Shown here: positions 48,621 to 61,199 of the stretch, one piece after another
How the letters are laid out: each line of letters opens with the position of its first letter
Position numbering within the stretch: the stretch's first letter is position 1
Origin: Lama glama
Taxonomy: Eukaryota
Assembly (NCBI GenBank): GCA_028534125.1
Contig: CM052832.1
Span: 10,480,001 to 10,544,000, forward strand
Direction of reading: 5' to 3'
Length of the DNA stretch: 64,000 bases
The notes under the pieces: generated by a model
What the model was told of the DNA's origin: nothing
The model's database searches: none
What the model saw: only the letters and a program-made list of their open reading frames with translations
Position numbers and translations under genes: made by a program

Positions 48621-49399
48621 GTCACTGTCGGCTTTCTTTCTTTCCCTTCCTTGGGGACAAGAGACTGTCCTCCCTCTAAGGTGACTTTGGTAAGGTGTTC
48701 TGTCCTTGCAGGGCTCTAGTGGAGAAAAAGTATTTCATCAAAACTGAGAGGTTCTGGCAGTGCCAACAGAGCACTGGGTGCTTATTGTCTCCCGGGCTGT
48801 GCTCACTGGCCCCTGCTTTCCAGAACTGATGAGGTTTCCTGGGTTTGCTAATGCAGTGTGTTTCTAACAAGCTTCCTGATTTCCCTCCATCAGCAAAGCA
48901 CTGAGGGAGAAGCACACTGGTCCGAGAGCGCGAAGAAGGTGCAGCAGTCTGGCCTGGCTCAGTCTCTAAACAACCATGTGCCCCAGGGGCAAGTCCCCCC
49001 CTCCACCAGCCTCCTGTACACCCTTCCTTGTAAAATCAAGGGGTGGGACAAAGGGATTTCTAAAGTCTCTTCCAGCCCAATATTTTGTGCTTGCAAGTTT
49101 CTTGACAGATGCTGGACCACAGCTGGAGGGCATATTTTCAAGCAGAACTGGCCATTCAGTGAGCAAGCGTGTATTAAATGTTTCTGAGTGTCCTTATGGT
49201 CTGAGGAACGCTGTGGGGAGGCAGGAGGCGGAGGCGGAGGCAAAGGAAACTCTTAGATGCTACATCACCACTCAGGGATTCTCATTCACATCTAGATTAA
49301 GAAAAGGAAAAGTGTTGTTAGGAAAGACACTGGTCCTTAAAAAAACAGAAGCAAAACAACTGCAAGCCCCCCAGTTACCTAGATGCCTCTGTGCTCTTT

Positions 49400-49680
49400 C
49401 TCCTTCAACCAACTTCTTAAACATGAAAAGCGGATGATTCTTTTGATTTATCCAATTGATTAAAATGTTGGGGCTGTTTCACCTTCCCCTTCATTTCTGC
49501 CTAATTAGAAAACGTATCTCTGTTGATTGACACCCCTTCCCTGTGAGGGTTTTGGAAGTTTTTTTCCAAGATTCTACATGGGTGAGATGAAAGCCACATG
49601 TCTTCTCTAATTTATTAATTCAGTGAATCCAAAGCTTTGTGGGAAGATTTGTGCAAACTGTGCTTGAACAGGAAGAGGAC
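49400..49680. promoter_or_regulatory. Candidate enhancer with PBX-HOX and PBX-MEIS-like sites
   Basis: TGATTTAT at 49444-49451, TGATTGACA at 49524-49532, CTAATTAG at 49501-49508. Confidence 0.35.
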
Positions 49681-49769
49681 ACACGGGAGCAACAGGTGAT
49701 GGGCTGACAGCGCTGGGAGGGGCCAGGCTGGAGACCCCTCTCCGTCACCAGCTACGTGGGTCAGTCCCA

Positions 49770-49990
49770 GGAGGCAGCATTCCACAGTGCTTCAGAGCTG
49801 CCGGGAGAGCTTGGGCACATTGCTTAACCTCTCTGGGCCTCAGGTTCCTCATCTGTAAAATGGAGATGGTGACAGTGCCAACCCCACTGGACTCTGAGAA
49901 CTAAGTGGGCGATGGGAGTGAAGCGCCCAGTATAGGGCCCTGCGTGCTGCAGGCTCCATGTCCCCAGTAACTGTTAGGACTACCATTCAT
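49770..49990 (+). mobile_element. MIR SINE
   Basis: ttgggcacattgcttaacctctctgggcctcaggttcctcatctgtaaaatggagatg. Confidence 0.85.
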
Positions 49991-51339
49991 GCCTCACGGG
50001 GTGATGGCCTGTCTTGGAGGCCACGGATACAAGGAGGCCCCCAGCGTCTGACCATTTGGGCCTTGGCAAGAGGCGCCCTGTGAAGACGCAGGAGAGCTGG
50101 CCTCAGGAGCCTTCTCTGAGTCCTTTTCCCCTGGGATGCTTCTCTTCTGGATTGTCCCCAAGGCCCTGTCCTCAAGGGACAGTTCCCCCAACACCCTTTT
50201 CCTTCTGAAGCTCCCGGTCTCCATGTACATGTCACGTGGATGTCTGAGCCTGCGAGGCCACAGGGCTTGTCGGATCTGGCTTTTGCATCTCAAGGATGGC
50301 GAAAGGAGCACCACCACGGAGAGGGCTGCAATTTTCTGCCCAGAGTGAATCTTCCTCTTGCCAGCCCCCAACCGCCCATTAGAAGGTGCCAGGACCAGGG
50401 GCAGTGAATTTTCTCTTCCAAAGGGTCTTCCCAAGACTGTTCCCCAGGGGACTCACTTAATGGGGTCCTTGTCATCTTCCATCAACTCCTCTCAAGGGCT
50501 GGCACCTTCTACCTCTTTAAGCTTTTTTATACCTGCAGCCAGTGCTTCAAAACAACAGGGGCAGGGTTCAGGCCCACCTGGGTGCCCATTACCATAACAC
50601 CACCCCACTCCTCCTCCTCTTTGGTCCTGCAGGCTCCCAGACCAGTGTGTCCTGAGCTGGAGGGGGCGGTGGAAGAGGATGCCCCGATAACTGGTGACAC
50701 AGTGGAACAGCAGGCTGGATGTCAGGGCATTATCTCTTCTAATTCCCAAGAACCCAAGGAGGAGATGTCACTATTAGTCCAACTTCCCTGATCAGGAAGT
50801 CGAGGCTCAGAAAGGACAGCTGATTTTGGCTGAGGCACATGGGAACGTGGGACTGGAGTATTCTGACTCCCCAGAGCAGCGTGCCGTTCTCTGCTGTGGG
50901 CGTGACCCTCACGGGGGTGACAAAACTGGGATTTGGCCCTCAACCTGTGTGATTTCTAAGCCCTGCTCCTGCCTAAGATAGACTAACCTTAAGTATCACA
51001 GTGAGTTTTCAAATATAAATAAGATGCAGCAAAACCTAGAGAATGTCACCACTCTTTCGGATCTTAATTGAATGGATCTTAGAGATTCAAGGAAGCGTAC
51101 TGGGTTCATTCAGGAATGCAGGTCCATCTCTGATGTGTTGATTTTGCTGAAGATGGGCAGAACTAGTGATCAGCTAAGACTTTGGGGAAGGAGAACTGGG
51201 TGATGGAAGGGTTCCCTGCACTGTCCCAGTTCATGTGCTTATGAAAGTGGTGATTGGATTTCAGAATCAGATGGGCAAAGCTCATAGAGAGCTTTTTGAA
51301 TGTGAGGACAGTTTGATCTCAGTTAGCAGATAGGCAAAT

Positions 51340-51570
51340 AATAGCGAGTAATAATAGCTACCATTGGATTTATTGCTAAGCAGTTTTAGATACACATTTA
51401 CAGTTAACACAGTATCTCATAGCTTGTAAACCTGTGAGTTGGGTATTTCTCTGGTTTTACAGATGAGGAGATGGCCTCCCAGAGAATTTAAGTGGCTCAA
51501 GGTAACACGAATGGGAATTGGAAGGTTTGACCCCAGGCAGTCTTGCTCCAGAATATGTGCTTCAGTCATG
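51340..51570 (-). mobile_element. MIR SINE
   Basis: taataatagctaccatt...ttttacagatgaggag...caaggtaacac...tttgaccccaggcagtct. Confidence 0.8.
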
Positions 51571-52849
51571 CTCTGTGTTCTGTAATTATTTATTTACTGA
51601 GCCCTTGATGGGTGCCTGGCGTGATGCAAGGTGCCTTGTAATTGGGAGCTCAGGGGATGCTCACATCCCTATGACATGGGTCTTGTCTGAACTTGCCGAA
51701 GGTCACACTGTGAGCCAGCTCTCACTCCTGCCTTCAGGAATGTTGACCAACAGCGATAAGTAAACAAGGTCACTTGTGGGTGTCACATCAGAGGGGAGGA
51801 AGGTGAACATCATAAGGAAGAGGGAAAAGCAAAACATAAGGGGTTCAAAGGAAGGAGTGACTTCTTGTCTGATTGGAGGCAGGGGCGTTTCGCAGAGCCG
51901 GCTTCAGGAGCGAATGCCACTGGGGAGAAAATGGCCAACTCTCGGCTCCGGGCCTTTGCCCATGTTCTCCCCTTACAGTTCTCCTTCTCCGTCCCCACTC
52001 CACTTCCACGGCCACCACCAACTCGTCTCCTCCCGTCTCCACTTAAGGGTTTCTTCCTGGGGGCCTTGATTGAACCCCTGGGTCAGGATAACTACTCCTT
52101 CAGTAAGCCCCCAGGCCCATGCAGATCTCCTTCCACACCAGGCATCACATGAGGGTTGTCCTGGCTTCTCACCTGAGGGCCTGTGAGCTCCATGAGGCAG
52201 AGGGATGCCCTGCCTGCCCGGCTGCATGCTCGGGCCCCAGTAGAGGGTCGGGCACTCAGTACCAGCTGAGAGGCTGGAATTCTCCAACTCATCCCACCCT
52301 CAACCGGCCAGATGCGCGCCAAGCCCAGAGTCTGGAGCTGCAAGAGGGCGTGGCGTTAGACCATGTGTGGTGGGGTGAGTGGAGCCTTCAGGGAAAAGAA
52401 AGGGCTTCTCTGTTCCACTGAGTCCCTGGAGCGGGTGTAACAGCAGAGGCTTGTCAGAAATGCAGACCCCCGGCCCACCCACTGCAGCCTTGCTGATCCA
52501 GATCTGCATTTTAACAACAGCCTCAAGTAATTCTTTGTGTTCACAGAAAGCATAGTATCACGGGTATCAGGAGCTGTGAACAGGATCCTTGAGGCTACTC
52601 TGAAACTCTTCAGGGAGTTGCCTGGCTCCACGGGTGCAGTACTCAGGGGCCAAGTGCAAGAAGGTCTTCTCTGAGAAGTTTGCTAAATCCCAGGGGTTAG
52701 TGCCCGTGGGGGGAGACTTGAAGCCCACTCGTGGGATCGATGTGGTCCCACGACAGAGGTTGTTTGCCTCCTCCTCTTCCTCTTATTACCCGGGTGTGGA
52801 TAGCCCTGGCCTCCCTGCTTAGGAGTAGCCAGGCCTGCAAGGGTTAACC

Positions 52850-53290
52850 CACAGGGTCTGACGTCACTTTCCCAGGGGAACCAGAGCTCGGTATACAGGC
52901 AGGCGTCACGTGCAAGCTCGGAGTTTGGCCGGACATAGAATTGTTTTTCATACACAAAACACTCCGCAGAACACCGTCCTCTATTGTAGGCCCTCTCCAC
53001 TTACACTAGACTTAATTACTTAAAGTTCATTAGTGGTTCTGTATTTAATTTTTTTTAATTGAATGAATTATTAGTCTATTAATAAGTGATAAAGTTTAAC
53101 AGCTCTTAATGAGCATTAAAAATAGTTAAATTATTTCATTCGGTGACACAACACCAACATTTACACATGAAACAGAAAGGTTGTCCCAATGAGAAGCTCT
53201 ACTCTTTTGACCTGGTTCTCTTTACTGTTGGCAAATATGAACTAATTAATATATTATGTGGCATAAACAAGAAAGGGACAGGGGAATGGA
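52850..53290. promoter_or_regulatory. Candidate enhancer (CRE, EBF, E-box and homeobox cluster)
   Basis: TGACGTCA at 52859-52866, TCCCAGGGGA at 52870-52879, GTCACGTG at 52905-52912, then non-repeat AT-rich DNA with many TAAT/ATTA. Confidence 0.4.
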
Positions 53291-53869
53291 GCTTACCCAT
53301 GTGCTGCAAACCCATTTTGTGTTTCCTCTGGGCTCCCTCCCATTCCCCACACCCAGGGGAGATGAAGTGTAAGTCCAGGAAGGTCGTCACTGGCTCCATG
53401 ACTCCAGCAACTTGTCAAGAATAAGTTGTTCATCCCTCCCTCTCCAGATGTTTTCCCACAAGTGTTGCTTGGGGAGTCTCCTGGAGGACCCGGAGTAGGG
53501 GGAGCCACACACTGAATCAGAAAAGCATCTGTGAAAACGCTGTGACTTTTATTACACGGGAAGTATAAAAGACATGTAGATAGAAATATTTTATTCTGCA
53601 ATTTGAACATTAAATTTCATTACCATACCCCACGTGCTTTGTTATGCAGGCTGGCATCTGCTAAGAATGAGATTCTGCAATTGCTTTTCCAGCTGGTGTA
53701 ATTCTGAATAGCGTTTTCAGAATACCGTTTTGGAGCTTCCCCTCACACCAAAAGCTAATAGATGTGTGTCCGTGTTGTGTGTGTGTGATTGTGTGTTAGG
53801 TGTGTGTTAGGTACACGCATGGAGTGAAGGTACACAGATACCTGTGCATGTGTACACACGCATCCAGTA

Positions 53870-54146
53870 ATGTAAATGCTTATTAAAATGCCTACTAAGA
53901 GCTGTTGTAGGTGCTGAGGATTCGGCAATGCACCAAAACAGACAAAATCTCTGTCTTCGTGGACTTTAGCTTCTCAGGGGAGAGAAAGACTATATCTGAA
54001 CAAAGAAACGAATGTTAATCACTAAAGAAAACCAAAGCAAGGTGAGGGGTGAGAGTGATCAGGGCGCTCCCTGGGATAGAGTGACCAGGAAAGGCCTCCC
54101 TGAGAGGGTAACATCTAAGCAGAGACCAGAGTGAGGGGAGGGAGCC
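53870..54146 (-). mobile_element. L2a fragment
   Basis: ttattaaaatgcctacta...aaaacagacaaaatctctgtcttcgtgga...caggaaaggcctccctgag...agcagagacc. Confidence 0.8.
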
Positions 54147-54490
54147 TTCTTTTTATGGCTGAATAGTATTCCATTATATATACATACACATATATACACA
54201 CACACACATATATCGCATTTTCTTTAGCCATTCATCTATTAACAAACACTTAGGTTGTTCCCACGGATTGGCTGGTAAGAATAAGGCTACAAGAAACATG
54301 GGGATGCAGATATCTCTCAAAAATAGTGATTTCGTTTCCTTTGGTTATATACCCCGAAGTGGGATCGCTGGGTCAATCACATGGTAGTTCTGTTTTAAAT
54401 TTTTTGAGGAAACTCCATACCATTTTCCATAATGGTTGTGCCAGGGTACATTTCCACCAACAGTACACAAGGACTCCCTCTTCTCCACGT
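54147..54490 (-). mobile_element. L1 fragment (ORF2 C-terminal region)
   Basis: ttctttttatggctgaatagtattccatt...tttttgaggaaactccataccattttccataatggttg...caacagtacacaagg. Confidence 0.9.
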
Positions 54491-55956
54491 GGAGAATCCT
54501 CTTTAAAAAGCTTTTCCAAAAGCCTCACCCAATGACTTTCCCTTATGTTTTATTGGCCACTCTGATCTTCAAGGAAGGCTAAGAACTGTCTGTTTGTTCG
54601 TTTGCTTAAGTGGCATATTTCCACTCTAAATAAATTATGATTCTGATAATGGGAACACTGCATATTTGATATTAAACCTCTGCCACTTATGCAAAGCCAT
54701 AACCAGCTCAGGCATCTGTCGTAGGTCCAATGACTCAGGTGGAGGATGGCAGAGAACAGGGTGTCCCTTGAGGTCCTGGCTGTTTGGATAGGAGAAAGGA
54801 ATCCCTGCTCTTAGGTCTCTTGCTTTCTAGGTAGAATTAATCTCAAAGGGCTTGTGGAGGATAGGAATGAAGGATGTGGGTGGAAGTCATTCTTGGGGTC
54901 ATTTTAGGGTGATCCCCACTCAGCCTTAGATTTCTGTAATATCTCCATATGAGTCCTCTGGTCCCTGGAAAAGTTCTCCTGCTTCTTTTATAAAACGTGG
55001 ATGATAATATGGCTCATAAGACCACAGCAAAGAATAACAGAGGAAATTAATCCAAATCCCTTAACAAAATACTTGACACATGGTGAGTACTCAAATATAC
55101 TAGCAGCTTATTATTTTTATTATGATATATGGGTGAGGCACAGCCTAGTGCATTTCTAGGCATGTGCACACGTGCTATAGAAACATGTGTACGATTGCCC
55201 ATGGAAGAGATGGCAGGGAAGACAGAATGAGAGACTCTGGAGGGCTGTGGGGCTGTGTGTGCCTGTGACTTTGATTCTTGGCGTACACACTCTTCTCTGT
55301 CACTCTGCAGGAAGGGTGGAGCAGGGCAGGGCTGGACAGGGGTGTGCTGGCCTCTCGCAGCATTGAGTTTCCATGGGAGGTGCTTTAACTAAAAATTCTG
55401 CGGTCCGATTTTGAGGGCAACAGGCAGAAAGAAGCTGGGTTGCCAAGCAACCAGCCATTAACAGGAAATTAGTTGCTCATCTCTGTATGTCCTGTCCCAT
55501 TTCCATTGCATCTCTCCCTGTTCTGCCAAACAGAAGCACACAGACAGACATACAGACCCCCCCACACAGAGCAATGTAACTGAGTGCCACTAGGAACTTC
55601 TAGAGAAAGAATTCACATTGCGGGGCTCACCAGCAGCTTCAGTAGGCAGGCCAGAGGATTGCTCAGACTCCTCCTGTTCTCTGCCTGTCCCTCTGCTTCC
55701 TCTCCAGAGGCTTCCTTCCCTGCCCATCCTCTCCACTCATAGCTCAGTCCTATTTACTTGCTGGGCCCTGATGTCTGTGTTTGCATATGTACCTTCTGTC
55801 TCCTGGCCAGACTGGGAGCTTCCAGAGGCTGGGAACTCCCTGAGTGGTGGTAGTCCGCCTCTCAAATCTAACCCTATCCTGATCTCTCAAATCTTAGTCA
55901 AACTCTATCCTAAACCCCAACCCCAAACCTGATTTTTGGCCCAATTTTCTTGCTGC

Positions 55957-56456
55957 NNNNNNNNNNNNNNNNNNNNNNNNNNNNNNNNNNNNNNNNNNNN
56001 NNNNNNNNNNNNNNNNNNNNNNNNNNNNNNNNNNNNNNNNNNNNNNNNNNNNNNNNNNNNNNNNNNNNNNNNNNNNNNNNNNNNNNNNNNNNNNNNNNNN
56101 NNNNNNNNNNNNNNNNNNNNNNNNNNNNNNNNNNNNNNNNNNNNNNNNNNNNNNNNNNNNNNNNNNNNNNNNNNNNNNNNNNNNNNNNNNNNNNNNNNNN
56201 NNNNNNNNNNNNNNNNNNNNNNNNNNNNNNNNNNNNNNNNNNNNNNNNNNNNNNNNNNNNNNNNNNNNNNNNNNNNNNNNNNNNNNNNNNNNNNNNNNNN
56301 NNNNNNNNNNNNNNNNNNNNNNNNNNNNNNNNNNNNNNNNNNNNNNNNNNNNNNNNNNNNNNNNNNNNNNNNNNNNNNNNNNNNNNNNNNNNNNNNNNNN
56401 NNNNNNNNNNNNNNNNNNNNNNNNNNNNNNNNNNNNNNNNNNNNNNNNNNNNNNNN
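55957..56456. other. Assembly gap (500 N)
   Basis: Run of exactly 500 n; a round number suggests a placeholder length. Confidence 1.
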
Positions 56457-57769
56457 TTCCCTGGGTCCTTCCTTCCCCTAGATTCTCCATCCAGACTCTC
56501 CTTAGCCTAGCTGGCTAGCCTCTCTTCTGGCTCCTGAGGTCCTCAAGGGACGCTGAGCACCCAGAGGGACACTGTGTCTTTCCTTCTGTCTGTGATCCAC
56601 CAGAAGTTTCCACTGCTTCCCTTCCCTGGGAAGGACAGGAGGCGTTAGGAGCTGCGTGCAGGTTCCCTCCATGCGTCCCAGCTCCCCCTTTCAGGGATCG
56701 TTAAAGAGCAGCTTATAATTAACATCCTGGGCTGGTCTGTGTGCAGGTACTGCAGGACTCAGGCAACTGGGGCAGGGGCATCACCTGGCTTGCACTCCCT
56801 TCTTCCACTCTCTCTCCCAGTTTGTGTGGATTCACACGTGTGCATTTATTCTGCCCCTGTTCCCCGTTATCTCCCTCCTCTCCTCCCATCTCTTGGCCCG
56901 GGGCTCTGTGTCTCCCTCCTGCTCCGCTGGACTCCAGCTGCGTCTCAGGCTTTCACGGTTTGTGTCTTTTCACTTCCAGTCTCCCCTCCTGGTATCCGCC
57001 TGCCTCTCTCTCTCCGAACGTTCTGATCTTCCTCTCCCTGTAGCTCTCTCCCTCTGTTGATCTGTCTCCACCTTGCTCTCTCCCCACACCTCACCCCCTC
57101 CCTTTCTGACTGTAAATGTTCAAATGAATGAAAAAGGCTGAGCCCCCTGTGCCCGGCCGTAGAAGGTAACTTTGCAACCCCAGGAGCGTGGCAGAGACAG
57201 TGGGTAAGATTCCCAATTACTGCCTCTCAGTGCTGGGCCTACTGTTCTAAAAAAAGAGGAATTCCAGGCAGGAGAGGAAGAGGGCCCTTCGTGAAGGCGT
57301 GGGGCTTCAGGGAAGGCAGGCAGCAGCGGGTGTGAAAGGGCTCGGGCTGTTTTCTCAGCCCCAAGACACTCTCTGGGCTATTTCACCTCTCTCTTCCTCT
57401 GAGTCCAGTTCCCGAACCTTCTTTCCATCCAGGTCCTCCATGCATGTAGATGCTGCCACCACGGGGACCCACTACCACAAACACACACACCTTGACCATC
57501 AGAACCCCCGCACGTCCCCCAGCCACAGCTCTGTCGTGGACAGGTATCAGGGAGGCCACCTCACAGCCTCCAAATTCCCTTCTGAGCTCAGTGAGAACCT
57601 GTCACCAAGGAACTAACCCAGTCTGGACTTGACCCATTTCTATCCCTTCCCACTTTTCTTCTCCAGTCGGGGAGGATGAGAAGATGAGATGGGGGAAAGG
57701 GCTTTCCAAAAGCAAGATGTCACCTTTTATGTTGACAAGGACCACCTCTGTGAGGTATGGGGAATGTTG

Positions 57770-57940
57770 GTAGGGATTTTAGAATTAGAGGCCCAGAGTC
57801 CAAATCCAGCGCTCCCTTGTGACCTTGGGCAAGTTATTTAATTTCTCAAAACCTCAGTTTCTTCACCTGTAGAATGTGGGCTTAATTCTGTCTTACGCAT
57901 AATAATGATAACAGCAGTGTCTGCCTCACAGATAGCACCT
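57770..57940 (+). mobile_element. MIR SINE
   Basis: tgtgaccttgggcaagttatttaatttctcaaaacctcagtttcttcacctgtagaatg. Confidence 0.8.
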
Positions 57941-58125
57941 ATCTCAGGGACCCACCCAACCCAACCACAAGTGTGGTTGCTCACTCTTTGGAACAACAAG
58001 GAACATAACTTGGACATCTGTCCATTTCACAGTCTCACCCTTGAGTTCGTCCAGAGGTCCAGGTGGATTTCCTGACGGCCCGTTTGTATCCATTTCTGAA
58101 TGAAATGCTGAATTTGGGCAGCATG

Positions 58126-58556
58126 CATAGCAGGTGCTGTCGGTGCCCTCCACGACCCCTCAGCCCTTAACCTTTCCCTGCGCTGGTCCAAATGCCAAGC
58201 GGCAGCCCCTGTACCTCAGCCTGAGGGCCTCACTAGCATCTGCTGGGGCACGACAGAGGTGCTGGGAATTCAGGCCCCTGGGAACAGCCTTCCGTGGTCG
58301 CCCAAAGCTGGTGGATAAATACCCTAGCCCCCTCACCCTCCAGGAGGAAACTGTGAGGCTCGGTGCCACCCTGTTACCCAAGGTCCCTGCAGGATTGAGC
58401 TCCAGCTTCCTCAGTGCTAACCAGCTTGATGACACATCCTGTGTTGGTTCCTCACCTTCTGTGTCCCCACCAATACTTCGCTCGCCTCCCAAATAAACTA
58501 CACACACCCACATCCTTGTCTCGGAGTCTGCTTCTACAGGAAACCAAACCAAGATG
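58126..58556 (+). mobile_element. LTR16C-like ERVL LTR
   Basis: tagcaggtgctgtcggtgccc...; 3' cccaaataaactac...atccttgtctcggagtctgcttctacaggaaaccaaaccaagatg. Confidence 0.8.
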
Positions 58557-58559
58557 GCA

Positions 58560-58810
58560 TGCTATCTCACTAAGCCTTTGGGTCTTAGGGTCAGGAGCCC
58601 CGAGCTCTCCATTCAACGTTGATGTAACTTAGCTGAGGGTTCCTGCCTCTTTACCAATTTTGATCTTAGTTTTCTCATCTATGAAGTGGGGCTACCAAAG
58701 ATTCCTTTCCTACCCATGCTAAAGGCTGATGTGAGGATTAAATGAGATGACACAAGCAAAAAAAAAAAAAATGGTAAGCCATAAAGCTACGTAAAGAGTT
58801 ACCATCATTA
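58560..58810 (+). mobile_element. MIR SINE
   Basis: agttttctcatctatgaagtgggg...gtgaggattaaatgagatga. Confidence 0.7.
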
Positions 58811-59981
58811 TTAAGATACCATCTTCTGCATTTAATCTCAGCATCAAAGGCTGTTTGAGCGTGGAGGTCTCTGGGCCATCCTTCCCGGCGCAGAGTCAGC
58901 TGCGTGGTCTGCCGGCCCCTGTCACCCTGTGAGTGGCTTCTGCACTGTGATCCCACATATCCTTCCCCTGCCTCCCTGACTTTGAAGTATTTCAAGGCGC
59001 TCTTGCTACTGGCTTTGGAATTCCTCACAAAGGGCTTCTCACGTTGTTTTCCCGGACATTTGACTTCAAGTTTCATCTGACCTTTTCCTGTGATTAATAA
59101 TTAATAATAAAATGTAAATATATGAATAGATTATATACATGTAACTGGTGCCTTCCCCTTGGCATGACCTCTTTTTCTTGCTAGTTAGCCATGCAGAGGG
59201 TTTTTTTTCCCTCCTTTCTAGAAACTACTCTTTTTGATCCTCAGCACACATTTTTCCAGGCTTTCAGTGACGCTTTTCTTTATTTTTTTTCAATAGTGTG
59301 TAGGTTTCTTATGGTTTAAAATGTTTTTAACTTTCTTTTAATCACTTTTTTCGGTTTTTCCCCTTGAACACATGGTCTCATTTCTTGTTCTTCTGTGAGA
59401 AATGATTGGCGGTATGATGGGTATTTTGGGCTTTCCCTCCAGGGGGCTGAACTTCAAGGTGCTGGGGTCTGAAGAAGCCAGAGCTTCACCCACAAGCGCT
59501 TTGCGCCCAGTTCCCTCCAGGAGAACCCTGCCCCAGCTTTCTGCCACTGAATGCAGCAAGCCCAGTGCACGTGTGTGATGGGCGCCCCTAATCTCCATCA
59601 CCACCGGGGACTTGCTTTGCAATGCCACTTTATCACTCGCACCAGCTGCCTGCGCTCGCCGCACCTCGCCCTTAATTAATTGCACCCTCTGCCGCAAGGA
59701 GCCATCTCCCTCGCAGTGACAGCCTTTGAGCCCCATCAGATGAAGAAGCAAAACCCTTTCATCTTTCCTGATGGCTCCTCTCTGAATCATTTTTTTTTCC
59801 TTCCTGCCAACCGTGGCTCCTTGGCAGGTTGGCTTGTGCTCCTGGTCCAAAGCCATCCCATGGGGCCTGGACTCTGCAGTGAAATCAAGCTCCAGGAAGC
59901 AGGCTGCAGGGCCCACCAGGTGGGGCAGGGAGCAGAGGCAGGGGTTTGGTCTTAGGAGGCTACCCTTCAAAAGTAGTTGGA

Positions 59982-60095
59982 AGGTAGGGTATAGCTCAAG
60001 CGGTAGAGCACATGCTTAGCATGCATGAGGTCCTGGGTTCAATCCCCAGTACCTCCTCTAAAAATAAATAAATAAATCTAATTACCTCCCCCCAA
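59982..60095 (+). mobile_element. tRNA-Ala(AGC)-derived camelid SINE (Vic-1-like)
   Basis: gggtatagctcaagcggtagagcacatgcttagcatgcatgaggtcctgggttcaatccccagtacctcc (A and B boxes), tail aaataaataaataaatctaattacctccccc, 14-bp TSD caaaagtagttgga at 59968-59981 and 60096-60109. Confidence 0.92.
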
Positions 60096-60249
60096 CAAAA
60101 GTAGTTGGAGGGTATTGGGGGGTGGAGGGGCACACACGTGCATACCTGGGTTAAGGGGAGCGGTGGTCACCAGAGATCAGAGATGGGTTTTCAGGAGCGT
60201 TGTGGTGACCTGTGGAGAATATATGTCCATGGTGCCCAGGTCTGCTATT

Positions 60250-60790
60250 GTGTCACAGACAGTGAGAGGCTCTGCAAACAGAGGCACAGACAGCAGTGGG
60301 TTCTGCAAACCACAATGCAGACAGCGACATCACAGTGATAAGGCTCAGCAGAGAGTAGCCCAGAGTGATGGGCCCTGCATCCATGGCACCCACAGTGCAG
60401 ACACCATAACTCCACCTGTGATGGACTCTGCAAACAGGGACGCAGGCAGGGAGGGGCGCTGTAGGCGACACCTGTGACAGGGACAGACTCTGGACATCAC
60501 AGAGATGTGGCATCAACACTGAGGGGCTCAGCAAACAAGAACCCAGAGAAATGGGCTCAGTCGACACCACGACAGTGACAGAGACAGTGAAGACAGAGAC
60601 AGTGGCAAGTACTGCAAACTGCAACACAAACTCTGCAGGTAAAACCAAACTCCATGAATGACAAATGGTGCTACACTCTTCAAATGGTGACACAGGGGAT
60701 GACAAGCTTTGCCAACAGCTCCAAGCTCTGCAAATAACGACCCATGGTGCCAGGCTCTGCAAACAGCCAGTGTAGCTGCAGCCAGGGTGT
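60250..60790. repeat. Degenerate repeat with recurring CTCTGCAAAC and GACAG motifs
   Basis: Motif copies at 60270, 60301, 60426, 60611, 60631, 60726, 60755. Confidence 0.55.
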
Positions 60791-61199
60791 GAACAGCGAA
60801 TTAGAGGTCACAGCCAGTTATTTCAGACACAGGTCCTGCGTTCCTGGGGCTCACATTCTCCACTGGCTCAATCTCCTTTAATTTGCAAATCCTTCCCCTG
60901 ACCTGTCTCTCACTTCCTCTTCTCTGTTGGCTCCCTTTCTTTGAGAGCTGAGCCTCTCAAACGAAGAAACATGGCCCAGGGCTTTCTAGAACCCATTCCT
61001 CTCAGTGGTGACCTCTTCACAGACAGTGGCTCCCTTTTCTCCGGTGCATCGCCTGCAGCTCTTGCCCCTGTGTTTCTGTGGCTGAGCTACCCGCTGCTCC
61101 TCAGACCGTCAGTTCCTACACTTGGCTTGTGGGACACGACTCAAGCTGCCTGGAGGATGGGCAGGGAGGGGACGATGACCCACAGAGCCCGCTAAGCCC

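Noticed and set aside
50600..50791. Coding exon after acceptor ctcctctttggtcctgcag (APRPVCPELEGAVEEDAP...)
   Set aside because: No good downstream donor, peptide not recognised, and it runs into a MIR
55894..56510. ORFs of 180-200 aa
   Set aside because: Artefacts of translating through the N gap
59338..59970. Longest ORF (210 aa, minus strand)
   Set aside because: No recognisable domain, non-ATG start and no exon context; expected by chance in GC-rich DNA
59982..60058. Functional tRNA-Ala gene
   Set aside because: It has a SINE tail and TSD and no oligo-T terminator directly downstream, so it is a retroposed SINE
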